64,000 nt of DNA, taken from assembly GCA_965224105.1 (NCBI GenBank), contig CBDCYH010000002.1, forward strand, positions 1,785,112-1,849,111, read 5' to 3'. Below the pieces are notes generated by a model. That model searched no databases and had not been told where the DNA came from. It saw nothing but the letters and a program-made list of their open reading frames with translations. Of the stretch, positions 1 through 9,299 are shown piece after piece (the first letter of the stretch is position 1; each line of letters opens with the position of its first letter). This DNA comes from Rhodothermales bacterium (GTDB lineage: Bacteria; Bacteroidota; Rhodothermia; Rhodothermales; JABDKH01). A program made the position numbers and the translations under genes.

Positions 1-1716
1 TCAGCGGCGTTCAGCGTGATGGTGCCCATGGTCGTTAGATCAGCGGTTGACTCAATACCGCGGTTCATCGCAATCTACAAGACCGTCGACACACCTGCAG
101 CATCGATGTCGACCGGCGTCACCACATCGCTACTGATGTTTGGAGCCTTGATCGTTCTGCTTAGTGCGTGCAGTGGTCTGTTCTCTTTTCTGATGAGGCA
201 AACCATCGTCGTGGCATCTCGACACGTTGAGTACGATCTGCGGAGCAGAATGTATGACCATCTGCAAAAACTGTCGCACCAGTACTACGTCCATAACGCT
301 ACGGGCGATGTAATCACGCGTGCAACATCAGACATTGAACAAGTGCGCCGATACATCGGTCCCGCTATCATGTACCTCGCTCGAGCGTTTGTGGTCATCG
401 TGATTGCTCTGTTCGTAATGTTCATTATTTCGCCCAGGCTTACCCTCTTCGCGATCATTCCGCTACCATTTCTTGCCGTGTCTGTGTTTTTTGTCGCAAG
501 GCTCATCAGCCAAAGAAGCGACAGACTGCAAAAGCAGTATTCGCGCGTAACAAACACGGTGCAGGAGGGCATCGCTGGGATTCGTGTCGTAAAAGCGTTT
601 GCGCGCGAAGGAGCGGAAGCCAGGAAGTTTGATGCCGAAAGCAGCGACTACCGAGAACGGATGCTGGACCTTGCAAAAGTGGAAGCCGCATTCCGCCCCG
701 TCTTCATTCTGCTCGTTGGGATGTCCACGATTATTGTTGTTTGGGTCGGCGGCAGGTTGGCCATGAATGGGGATATCTCCATCGGCAACATCGCAGAATA
801 CATCATCTACGTTGCCCTCATGACCTGGCCCGTAGCAGCGATGGGTTTTGTGATTAGCATGATTCAGCGTGCCGCAGCCTCCATGGCACGACTGAATGAA
901 ATACTCGATACCGAACCGGATATCGCCGACACCGATGCGACAGATCACTCAATCACTCGTCTGGACGGCTCTGTTTCGTTTAAGAATGTAACCTACTCGT
1001 TCACACCCGACGCACAACCTGCACTGGACAACGTGAGTCTGCAGATAGAAGCGGGCTCGGTCGTGGGAATCGTCGGGAGGACGGGTTCTGGAAAAAGCAC
1101 TCTGGTGGATTTTATACCGCGCGTGCTCGAACCGCAGCAAGGGATTGTTCGCGTCGGTGGGCATGCAACCACAACGATCCCACTTAATGTGCTCCGTGGG
1201 CACATTGGATACGTTCCGCAGGATGTCTTTCTTTTTAGCGACACCGTCTCGAACAACATTGCGTTCGGAAATCCGGGCGCCGGGGTTCCTGAGATCGAAT
1301 CAGCAGCGAAAGACGCAGACCTGCTGGCGAACATCGAGTCGTTCCCGAAAGGGTTCGAGACTGAGGTTGGTGAGCGGGGTATCACGGTTTCCGGCGGCCA
1401 GAAACAGCGGACGTCCATCGCGCGTGCGCTAATTCGCAAGCCCGGAATTCTCATCCTTGACGATGCACTGTCTGCCGTTGACACTTCAACCGAACACACC
1501 ATCATCCAAAACCTGTTGGCAAGGCGCGAAGGCGAAACACTGATCATCGTGAGCCACCGAATTTCGAGTGTGCAGTTTGCAGATGATCTTATTGTAATGG
1601 AGGATGGGAAGATTGTGGAGCAGGGAACTCATGCTGAACTGGTTAACCGAAATGGTGTCTACGCAAGCATGCATCGGAAGCAACAACTCGAGAACGAAAT
1701 CGCGGCAATTACCTGA
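1..1716 (+). CDS. ABC transporter permease/ATP-binding protein (exporter half-transporter), 5'-truncated by the window edge
   Basis: The frame is open from nt 1 and the first TM helix is missing. A TM domain is followed by Walker A GRTGSGKST, signature VSGGQKQR and Walker B ILILDD. Confidence 0.9.
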   Translation, partial: SAAFSVMVPMVVRSAVDSIPRFIAIYKTVDTPAASMSTGVTTSLLMFGALIVLLSACSGLFSFLMRQTIVVASRHVEYDLRSRMYDHLQKLSHQYYVHNATGDVITRATSDIEQVRRYIGPAIMYLARAFVVIVIALFVMFIISPRLTLFAIIPLPFLAVSVFFVARLISQRSDRLQKQYSRVTNTVQEGIAGIRVVKAFAREGAEARKFDAESSDYRERMLDLAKVEAAFRPVFILLVGMSTIIVVWVGGRLAMNGDISIGNIAEYIIYVALMTWPVAAMGFVISMIQRAAASMARLNEILDTEPDIADTDATDHSITRLDGSVSFKNVTYSFTPDAQPALDNVSLQIEAGSVVGIVGRTGSGKSTLVDFIPRVLEPQQGIVRVGGHATTTIPLNVLRGHIGYVPQDVFLFSDTVSNNIAFGNPGAGVPEIESAAKDADLLANIESFPKGFETEVGERGITVSGGQKQRTSIARALIRKPGILILDDALSAVDTSTEHTIIQNLLARREGETLIIVSHRISSVQFADDLIVMEDGKIVEQGTHAELVNRNGVYASMHRKQQLENEIAAIT

Positions 1717-1717
1717 G

Positions 1718-2656
1718 ATGATTATTGCAACACCGCTTGGGGTTAGCGCTGCGGTTCCCATGCACGGGCGCCACCTATCGGGTGTCCTGCTGGATTGCAG
1801 AAACGGATTCTATCTTGCAGATTGCGGCGAAGCGACGCAGTTCCAGCTGGGGCGAACCAACTGGAAGCAGTCCAAACTGCGAGCAGTTTTTATTTCTCAT
1901 CTGCATGGTGACCACTATTTCGGATTGTTTGGTTTGTTGTCAACACTCACACTGCTGAAACGGCAGGCCCCGTTGACGATTGTTGGGCCTGTTGGACTTA
2001 AGAGCAGAGTTGACGTAACGCTCGATCTTGCGACCTTGCAGTTTGAGCTGACCTGGCTCGAGCTCGACCCGCAGTCGTTAGCGAGGGCCGCGGGGCCTAC
2101 AACAGTTTATGAGAACGAGGATCTGACCGTCACAACCTGCGCCCTCGACCACACCCTGGACTCCCTCGGCTTCCGGTTCACAGAGAAACCCCGACGGGGC
2201 CGCTTCGACGTCGCCCGCGCACAGGCCCTCGGCATTACGAACGAAAGGGACTACGGACGCCTCACAGATGGAGAACCCGTCACCTCGCCCTCCGGACTAC
2301 GCGTCGAACCGGCTGATGTCCTCGGCCCCGAACGCCCCGGATCATCTTTCGCCTACATCACCGATACACGGCCCTGCCCGGCTGCCATCGCCCTGGCGGA
2401 TCACGCAGACGTGCTCTACCACGAAGCAACCTTCCAGGAGGCACACAAAGAAAACGCCGTTGCAACCGGACACTCGACCGCCCGTGAGGCCGCATCAGTA
2501 GCAAAAAATGCGAATGCAAAACAATTGGTGCTAACGCACTTTAGCGCGCGCTACGACAACCTCACCGACCTGGTGAAAGAAGCCGCAGAAGTTTTTCCGA
2601 ACACATCCGCTGCGCAAGAATTACAGCCTGTAAGAATCGGAAGGGACGAAAAATAA
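1718..2656 (+). CDS. rnz: ribonuclease Z (tRNA 3' endonuclease, metallo-beta-lactamase fold)
   Basis: ATG at 1718 lies 1 nt after the upstream TGA. Motifs DCGEATQFQ, ISHLHGDHYFGLFGLLST and C-terminal HSTAREAA...LVLTHFSARY match the RNase Z pattern. Confidence 0.88.
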   Translation: MIIATPLGVSAAVPMHGRHLSGVLLDCRNGFYLADCGEATQFQLGRTNWKQSKLRAVFISHLHGDHYFGLFGLLSTLTLLKRQAPLTIVGPVGLKSRVDVTLDLATLQFELTWLELDPQSLARAAGPTTVYENEDLTVTTCALDHTLDSLGFRFTEKPRRGRFDVARAQALGITNERDYGRLTDGEPVTSPSGLRVEPADVLGPERPGSSFAYITDTRPCPAAIALADHADVLYHEATFQEAHKENAVATGHSTAREAASVAKNANAKQLVLTHFSARYDNLTDLVKEAAEVFPNTSAAQELQPVRIGRDEK

Positions 2657-4465
2657 GTGAGCGAGAAAGAGAAGCAAGCAAATAGGATAGACGCTAAACT
2701 GCTCAGGCGGATTATCACCTACCTCGCGCCATACAAGGGGTGGGTGGCGTTGGCATCCGTCACGGTGATCACTGCGGCTTTCCTTGGCCCACTCCGACCA
2801 AAACTTGTGCAGCTGGCAATCGACGATCACATCGTCGTCGGAGACATGCCGGGCCTGCAGCGGATTATCATGCTGCTCTTCGTCGTTCTGTTCGCAGAGG
2901 GCATCCTGTCGTTCTTCAACACCTATCTGACCCAGTGGATCGGCCAGCAGGCTATCTACGACCTGCGAACGAAAGTCTACCGGCATATCCAGAAGCAGTC
3001 ACTCACGTTTTTCGATCGTAACCCCGTTGGCCGATTAATTACGCGCGTGACAAGCGATGTCGAGTCATTGTCCAACGTGCTGTCGGCCGGGATCGTGACC
3101 ATCCTCGGCGACTTGTTCAAGCTGGTTTTCATCGCGTATTTCATGTTCACGCTTAGTCCGAGGCTGGCGGTTGTAACCCTGGCGGTTTTACCGCTGATGA
3201 TGGCAGTTACTTTTTGGTTTCGAGCGAAGGTGCGCGAGCAATACCGCGAAACGCGAGCGCAGGTGGCTAAGCTCAACTCGTTTCTGCAGGAGCACATCAC
3301 GGGGATGAAAATTGTGCAGCTGTTTGGTCGGCAGAAGACGGAGCTGGTCAAGTTTGACCAGATCAACGATGCGCACCGGGTCGCCCAGATAAAAACGATC
3401 TTCTACTTCGCGCTTTTCTGGCCTATGATTGATATCACGGCTTCAACCGCTCTGGGTCTTGTCATCTGGACAGGTGGACTGAGTGCGATCTCTTCGTCAC
3501 TGTCTTTGGGCGTGCTCATCGCGTTCATCCAGTATGCGCGACAGTTCTTCGATCCTGTCCGCAATTTGTCAGACCAGTACAACACCCTGCAGAGCGCGAT
3601 GGCCGGTGCGGAGCGGATTTTTGATCTGCTCGATGAGGATGCGTCGCTTCCGGTTGACGTGGAGGCAGAGGCGGCCGCGATCTCGCGTGGTGAGATTACC
3701 TTTGAAAATGTCTGGTTTTCGTACGACCTCGTTGGCAGGGAAGACGCAGATGCAACGGATGATCCGAACTGGATCTTGCGGGATGTGAGTTTTACCGTCT
3801 CGCCGGGCCAGCGTCTCGCCATCGTCGGCGCCACAGGTGCAGGCAAGTCGACGATAATCAACTTGCTCATGCGGTTCTACGACCCACAGAAGGGAAGGGT
3901 GCTCATCGACGGATTCGACATTTCGAAAACGAACCCGCAGTTGTTGCGCAAGAAGATTGGTCTTGTACTGCAGGATGTGTTTCTTTTTTCCGGATCCGTC
4001 ATAGACAACATCTCGCTTGGGGATGAGTCGCTTTCGGTTGATGATATTCGGCGAGCCTCGCAGATAATCGGAGCCGATTCGTTTATCGATCGCCTACCCG
4101 GTGGCTGGGACTATGAGGTTAAAGAACGCGGATTGTCCCTCTCGCACGGCCAACGACAGATGCTTTCCTTTATTCGGGCTCTGGTGTACGATCCGGTTAT
4201 ACTGGTCCTGGATGAGGCCACCAGCAGCGTGGACTCAGAGACGGAGAGCGCTATCCAGACTGCGCTCGACACGATGATGGAAGGGCGCACATCCGTAGTT
4301 GTGGCACACCGATTGTCGACCATCCGGCATTCGGAGCAAATTCTTGTCATGCACCGTGGGGAAGTGCGAGAAATGGGGTCGCATGGCGAGCTGATGGACG
4401 TTTCCGACGGTCTGTACCGGAAATTGTACGAGATGCAGTACCTGGACGAGGTCCACGCAGGGTGA
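2657..4465 (+). CDS. ABC transporter permease/ATP-binding protein (second exporter half)
   Basis: GTG start directly abuts the rnz stop. Six-TM domain, Walker A GATGAGKST, signature LSHGQRQ, Walker B ILVLDEATSSVD. Confidence 0.9.
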   Translation: MSEKEKQANRIDAKLLRRIITYLAPYKGWVALASVTVITAAFLGPLRPKLVQLAIDDHIVVGDMPGLQRIIMLLFVVLFAEGILSFFNTYLTQWIGQQAIYDLRTKVYRHIQKQSLTFFDRNPVGRLITRVTSDVESLSNVLSAGIVTILGDLFKLVFIAYFMFTLSPRLAVVTLAVLPLMMAVTFWFRAKVREQYRETRAQVAKLNSFLQEHITGMKIVQLFGRQKTELVKFDQINDAHRVAQIKTIFYFALFWPMIDITASTALGLVIWTGGLSAISSSLSLGVLIAFIQYARQFFDPVRNLSDQYNTLQSAMAGAERIFDLLDEDASLPVDVEAEAAAISRGEITFENVWFSYDLVGREDADATDDPNWILRDVSFTVSPGQRLAIVGATGAGKSTIINLLMRFYDPQKGRVLIDGFDISKTNPQLLRKKIGLVLQDVFLFSGSVIDNISLGDESLSVDDIRRASQIIGADSFIDRLPGGWDYEVKERGLSLSHGQRQMLSFIRALVYDPVILVLDEATSSVDSETESAIQTALDTMMEGRTSVVVAHRLSTIRHSEQILVMHRGEVREMGSHGELMDVSDGLYRKLYEMQYLDEVHAG

Positions 4466-4543
4466 AATTTCCTGTTCTTTGAGCGCAACTATTCCGAACA
4501 CCTAACGTTTCATCGTAAATCGACGATAAACGATCAATACAGA

Positions 4544-4870
4544 ATGGCTAAAACCGCAAAAAGTAAATACAGCCGGAACGCAGAGGATGTGGCAAAATGG
4601 GCAAAAGCCCTGGCACACCCCGCGCGCGTCGAGATCCTCAAGGTGCTCGCATCAACAGAGGGCTGCTACTGCGGCCACATCGTGAACGAGCTTCCCCTGG
4701 CACAAGCAACGGTGTCCCAACACCTGAAAAAACTGAAAGAAGGGGACCTCATTGTGGGAAACGTCGACGGACCAGCCATCTGCTATTGCGTCAACAAAGG
4801 CGAAGTGCAAAAAATGTTTGCCACGTTCGCCTCGTTGCAATCAAAACTGGAAAACTGTAAGAGGTGTTAA
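4544..4870 (+). CDS. arsR: ArsR/SmtB family transcriptional regulator
   Basis: 108 aa with the HTH pattern [11 protein letters not shown]...[30 protein letters not shown], including a Cys pair before the HTH. Confidence 0.85.
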   Translation: MAKTAKSKYSRNAEDVAKWAKALAHPARVEILKVLASTEGCYCGHIVNELPLAQATVSQHLKKLKEGDLIVGNVDGPAICYCVNKGEVQKMFATFASLQSKLENCKRC

Positions 4871-4871
4871 G

Positions 4872-5690
4872 ATGAAAGAGAACGAAGCCTGCTGCGCAAC
4901 GGACTGTTGCTCAACAGAAAGCGAATCGGTAATCACATTGGAAAAAGGCGATCTGGAAATAAAAGAAAAAGTCCGGTCGCGGTATTCCGAGATCGCCCGC
5001 TCGCGATCGACAGGGTGCGGATGCGAAGGTATCGACGCCGTGGCCCAAACTGCCGACTACAAACAGCTGGAGGGTTACCAGGGAATCGCAGACCTGGGTC
5101 TGGGATGCGGATCTCCAACTGCTACAAACTTGATGCGGGAGGGCGACACGATCCTGGACCTCGGATCAGGCGCGGGCTCCGACATTTTTATTGCCCGCAA
5201 GGCCATTGGCGAAACCGGCTTCGCAATCGGAGTCGACTTTTCAGAGGATATGATATCGTTGGCGGAAGAGAATGCGCGAAAACTGGGATTCGAGAACACC
5301 AAGTTTATCCTATCCGATATCGAATCTTTGCCCGTACCGAGCGACTCCGTTGACGTTGTGACCAGCAACTGCGTAATAAATCTCGTCCCAAACAAACAGA
5401 AAGTTTTTTCGGAAGTCCTTCGCGTCCTCAAGCCAGGAGGCTATATCACTATTTCGGATATTGTTAGCAGCAAGCCTCTCCCGGCGGGTATCACGCAGGA
5501 CGAGGATTTATACTGCGCATGTGTAGGTGGTGCCACAACGAAAGAAGAGTATCTTTCGCTCCTGGCCGAAAGTGGATTCGAAGACATTAATGTCTCCACG
5601 TGGCGGACGCTCTCTGTTGACAACTTACCTGCAGACCTGGGTGTGGGGAGCCTAACTGTTGTGGCCAGAAAGCCCAAAGATTCCAACTAA
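4872..5690 (+). CDS. arsM: arsenite S-adenosylmethionine methyltransferase (ArsM-like)
   Basis: ATG at 4872 lies 1 nt after the arsR stop. SAM motif ILDLGSGAGSD; conserved Cys clusters CCATDCC, GCGCEG and YCACVGGA. The ORF-track start at 4752 overlaps arsR and is unlikely. Confidence 0.8.
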   Translation: MKENEACCATDCCSTESESVITLEKGDLEIKEKVRSRYSEIARSRSTGCGCEGIDAVAQTADYKQLEGYQGIADLGLGCGSPTATNLMREGDTILDLGSGAGSDIFIARKAIGETGFAIGVDFSEDMISLAEENARKLGFENTKFILSDIESLPVPSDSVDVVTSNCVINLVPNKQKVFSEVLRVLKPGGYITISDIVSSKPLPAGITQDEDLYCACVGGATTKEEYLSLLAESGFEDINVSTWRTLSVDNLPADLGVGSLTVVARKPKDSN

Positions 5691-5711
5691 CTGTGTAACT
5701 GTTTTCAATCA

Positions 5712-6044
5712 ATGGACACGTACTACAAACCTGAAGACCTCAAGAAATTCGGTGACATCGCCGAGGGTAGCAAAGACCTTGCAGCAGCCTTTTTTTCTTA
5801 TTACGGGAAAGTTTTTGAAGACGGAGCTCTTTCCGCGCGAGAAAAAGCGCTCATTGCCCTCGCCGTCGCGCACACTGTACAATGCCCGTATTGTATAGAC
5901 GCGTACACATCGGATTGCCTGGAGAAGGGATCAGATTTGGAGCAGATGACGGAGGCGGTGCACGTCGCGGTTGCGATCAGGGGAGGAGCATCCCTGGTAC
6001 ACGGCGTGCAGATGCTTGAGCAGACGAAACGAATGACCATGTAG
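5712..6044 (+). CDS. AhpD/carboxymuconolactone-decarboxylase-like protein (arsenosugar-biosynthesis-associated peroxidase-like type)
   Basis: 110 aa with the AhpD-like motif ALAVAHTVQCPYCIDAY (CxxC). It sits between arsM and arsS. Confidence 0.7.
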   Translation: MDTYYKPEDLKKFGDIAEGSKDLAAAFFSYYGKVFEDGALSAREKALIALAVAHTVQCPYCIDAYTSDCLEKGSDLEQMTEAVHVAVAIRGGASLVHGVQMLEQTKRMTM

Positions 6045-6047
6045 TCC

Positions 6048-7163
6048 ATGATTGAACTTGAAGTGCTTGACGGCGGGGTCCTGCAGATCGATGGACCCCG
6101 CAGGACAACGAGCCTGATGGCCCGGCGATCGCCGCTGACCGTGCCAGAAGAACAACTCAAAGCGTTGGACGCGGTATCAGTGCTGAACTCACCCAGCGGC
6201 AAAGGATTCTTCTTTGATGATATCCAGGCTTCGGGGTGGAGCACGCTCAAGCCAGAAAAACTGGAGATCTTTCAGATAAACGTTGGCAAGCTATGCAACA
6301 TGACCTGCATGCACTGCCACGTGGACTCCGGTCCAGACCGCACGGAAGAAAACATGGATCGCGAAACCGTCGAGTATTGCCTCGAGGCTATTCGCAACTC
6401 GGGAGCGCATACCGTTGACTTAACTGGGGGTGCACCGGAGTTGAATCCGAATTTCGAATACCTGGTCGACGAATGCATCAAGATGGGCAAACACGTCATC
6501 GATCGATGCAACCTCACCATACTTACCACCAAACGATTCGAGCACCTACCGCAATGGTTCGCGGATCGCGGAGTGGAAATCGTGAGCTCTCTTCCGCACT
6601 ATAGAAAACTCGGTACGGATGCCCAAAGGGGTGAGGGCACCTACGAAAAATCTATCCGCGCAATCAAGGAGCTGAATCGGGTTGGTTATGGGAAGGGTCA
6701 CCCGAACAAAGTATTAACCCTGGTCACAAACCCCGTGGGTGCCTTCCTCGCTGGTAACCAGACGTCGCTCGAGGTCGAATGGAAACGAGAATTAGCGTCC
6801 AACCACGGGATCTACTTTGACAGATTGATCGCGCTCAACAACATGCCGATGTCACGGTATCTGGAGTGGCTTCTGGAAAAGAATCAGCTGGAAGAGTACA
6901 TGCAGAAACTGGTGGATGCGTTTAATCCGGCAACGATCGGTGGCCTAATGTGCCGGAACACGGTTTCGGTTAATTGGAAAGGCGAAATATTTGACTGTGA
7001 TTTTAATCAGCAGCTGGAAATGCACTCGATGTTGGGTGATCAACCCATGACGGTGCGCGACTTTGATCACGACGCATGGCTTGCGCACAACATTCGCACG
7101 GAGCGACACTGTTACGGATGTACGGCCGGTGCGGGGTCGGGCTGCGCCGGAGCCATCACCTAG
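6048..7163 (+). CDS. arsS: radical SAM/Cys-rich protein ArsS (arsenosugar biosynthesis type)
   Basis: Radical SAM cluster motif CNMTCMHCH and a Cys-rich C-terminus CYGCTAGAGSGCAGA (all Cys, no in-frame UGA). The start is uncertain; MARRSPL about 23 codons downstream is an alternative. Confidence 0.75.
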   Translation: MIELEVLDGGVLQIDGPRRTTSLMARRSPLTVPEEQLKALDAVSVLNSPSGKGFFFDDIQASGWSTLKPEKLEIFQINVGKLCNMTCMHCHVDSGPDRTEENMDRETVEYCLEAIRNSGAHTVDLTGGAPELNPNFEYLVDECIKMGKHVIDRCNLTILTTKRFEHLPQWFADRGVEIVSSLPHYRKLGTDAQRGEGTYEKSIRAIKELNRVGYGKGHPNKVLTLVTNPVGAFLAGNQTSLEVEWKRELASNHGIYFDRLIALNNMPMSRYLEWLLEKNQLEEYMQKLVDAFNPATIGGLMCRNTVSVNWKGEIFDCDFNQQLEMHSMLGDQPMTVRDFDHDAWLAHNIRTERHCYGCTAGAGSGCAGAIT

Positions 7164-7180
7164 CTGACCGCGCGCGGTCT

Positions 7181-7975
7181 CTAGTACAACAACATGTCGA
7201 AGGTGCGACGGTATTTCTTCGTCACCTCGTGATCCGGCCCGAGCAAATTGAAAATCGCAATGCAAGCCTTGCGGCTGCCATCATCATCATGATAGCGATC
7301 GGTTTTCAGCACATCCATAAATCGCTCGACGGCCGCGGGATAGTCAGACTCCCTAAGTGCGCTGATGGCTTGATGATATGCACGCGACGATTCTGAATTC
7401 TCCTCCGGCCTGTCAAGTTGCATCAGCCGAACAAAAGTCTCAATGGGCTCACGTAAATGGATAAGCCGCGGATCCACGCCGACGGCCTTGTTGATAAACT
7501 CCAACGCTTGGTCAGGTTCTTTGAAAACAATGAGCTGAGCCAACCGGGCAAGGGCCTGCGGATTGCCGGGGTCTTCAGCAAGTGCCTTTCGATAGAGATC
7601 CGTTGCAGCGTCGGTATCTCCCGACTGTTCCTTTTCATCCGCCAGGGTGAGCAATGGCGTCGCGCTTGTTGGCAAGTGCTCACTGAGCCAACGACGAACC
7701 TCGTGCTCAGGAAGCGCACCGGTGAATTCGGCGGAAACGGCGCCATCGACAAACAGCTTCACCGCCGGGATTCCACGGATTCCATATTGCTGCGAAATCT
7801 CTGGGTGCTCATCCGTATTCACTTTAACAAGTGTCATGCCCTCCCGATTATCCGCGGCTACGCGATCCAGAACCGGCCCGAGCATCCTGCACGGCCCACA
7901 CCACGGCGCCCAAAAATCAACAAGAACCGGTTTGGTCTTGCTGGCTTCGATAACATCTTCGTCAAAACTCTGCAT
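7181..7975 (-). CDS. thioredoxin-domain protein with C-terminal TPR-like domain (YbbN/CnoX-like)
   Basis: An N-terminal thioredoxin fold with WAPWCGPC is followed by a helical-repeat C-terminal half. Confidence 0.85.
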   Translation of the reverse strand: MQSFDEDVIEASKTKPVLVDFWAPWCGPCRMLGPVLDRVAADNREGMTLVKVNTDEHPEISQQYGIRGIPAVKLFVDGAVSAEFTGALPEHEVRRWLSEHLPTSATPLLTLADEKEQSGDTDAATDLYRKALAEDPGNPQALARLAQLIVFKEPDQALEFINKAVGVDPRLIHLREPIETFVRLMQLDRPEENSESSRAYHQAISALRESDYPAAVERFMDVLKTDRYHDDDGSRKACIAIFNLLGPDHEVTKKYRRTFDMLLY

Positions 7976-8088
7976 CTACCCTCTCGGTCGTACGTACATT
8001 TGCCATCCGCCGTGCGAACGCAATATTCTGAGCAAAACACGCCGTAATACGACGCACCGGGGTACAAGTTTATCTCTCATCCTTCGAC

Positions 8089-9228
8089 ATGAAAAATTTA
8101 TTTATTGCGCCTGTCATTGTTGCGACAGTGCTACTTCTCGCCAGTTGCGCATCCGACGATACCGAAACGGATTTGGCCTACAACCCGGCCTCAGATAGTC
8201 TTCGATTCGCGGGTGAAGTTCACCTCCGAAACATTAAGCAGCTTACGTTTGGCGGTAACAACGCGGAAGCCTACTGGAGCTTCGACGATTCCGAACTAAT
8301 CTTTCAAAGCGATTGGGAAGCGATCAACTCACAGGGATGCGACCAGATCTACACGATGGATGTGGAAAGCACGACAGGCGCGCTCACAGATTATCAGCTT
8401 GTCTCGACGGGCAAAGGTCGTACAACATGCAGCTACTTTACTAAAGATGGTCGCGTCGTGTATGGCTCAACGCATGCCGCGCAGAGCGAGTGCCCTGCGG
8501 CACCACAGGGGGGTCGCTACATCTGGCCGATCTACGACACCTTCGACATCTACATTGCCAACGCGGATGGATCGGATCCGTCTGTGCTGATTGGCGGCGA
8601 GGGGTACGACGCGGAAGCAACCGTCTCGCCAGATGGCAAGTATGTGATCTTCACGTCCACGCGCTCTGGCGACCTGGAGCTGTGGCGCTATGAATTTGAA
8701 ACCGGCGAGACTCTCCAGCTAACGGACGAGCTCGGCTACGACGGGGGAGCGTTCTTCTCTCCAGACTCTAAGAAAATCGTCTGGCGAGCGAGCCGGCCGG
8801 AAGGTGAACGCGCGCAGAAGTATTCGGAGTTGCTTGCGAACGGCATGGTCGAGCCGGGAGCGCTGGAGCTGTTCATCGCGGACATTGACGGTAGTAACAA
8901 GCAGCAGATTACCGACCTCGGTGCGGCCAACTGGGCTCCGTTCTTTCACCCGTCGGGCGAGAAGATTCTCTTCAGCACAAACCACCACACGATCGAGACC
9001 AACCCAAGGGAGTTTGACCTGTTCATGGTAAATCTGGACGGCACAGGCCTAACCCAGATAACCCACTCCGGTACGTTTGACGCTTTCCCCATGTTTTCAT
9101 TCGACGGGAAGAAAATTGCGTTTTCATCCAATCGAAGGGTTGATAGGAGGGAATCGCGCGACACAAACGTGTTTGTTGCTGATTGGGTGGAGAATCCGAC
9201 AGATGAAGATAGAACCTTCGCGAACTAG
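8089..9228 (+). CDS. PD40/TolB-like beta-propeller lipoprotein
   Basis: Lipobox LLLASC. Repeated PD40-type segments (SPDGKYVIFTS, FSPDSKKIVW, FHPSGEKILFS, FSFDGKKIAFSS). Confidence 0.7.
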   Translation: MKNLFIAPVIVATVLLLASCASDDTETDLAYNPASDSLRFAGEVHLRNIKQLTFGGNNAEAYWSFDDSELIFQSDWEAINSQGCDQIYTMDVESTTGALTDYQLVSTGKGRTTCSYFTKDGRVVYGSTHAAQSECPAAPQGGRYIWPIYDTFDIYIANADGSDPSVLIGGEGYDAEATVSPDGKYVIFTSTRSGDLELWRYEFETGETLQLTDELGYDGGAFFSPDSKKIVWRASRPEGERAQKYSELLANGMVEPGALELFIADIDGSNKQQITDLGAANWAPFFHPSGEKILFSTNHHTIETNPREFDLFMVNLDGTGLTQITHSGTFDAFPMFSFDGKKIAFSSNRRVDRRESRDTNVFVADWVENPTDEDRTFAN

Positions 9229-9250
9229 CCTTTCAACCGGATTAGCAAAA

Positions 9251-9272
9251 AAAGTTAGCCTTGGCTAACTTT
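9251..9272. promoter_or_regulatory. 22-bp dyad AAAGTTAGCC-TT-GGCTAACTTT, candidate metalloregulator operator
   Basis: Perfect 10-bp inverted arms with a 2-nt spacer, 28 bp upstream of the ATG at 9300. The half-site hexamer GTTAGC also occurs in the DtxR box. No U-tract follows, so it is not a good terminator. Confidence 0.45.
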
Positions 9273-9299
9273 GCGGCTTAACCATCGATTTTGTCGCAA

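Noticed and set aside
993-1547. 184-aa minus-strand ORF, plus smaller ORFs at 285-948
   Set aside because: Antisense to the ABC transporter nucleotide-binding and TM domains. These are shadow ORFs.
4512-4527. Inverted repeat ATCGT-N6-ACGAT / palindrome ATCGACGAT upstream of arsR, considered as an ArsR operator
   Set aside because: Too short and too likely by chance to list as a feature. It is mentioned only as a weak candidate within the arsenic-cluster finding.
7166-7179. GC palindrome GACCGCGCGCGGTC between convergent arsS and the thioredoxin gene, considered as a bidirectional terminator
   Set aside because: The stem is only about 5 bp with a 4-nt loop, and there is no U-tract on either strand. 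This is insufficient to call a terminator.
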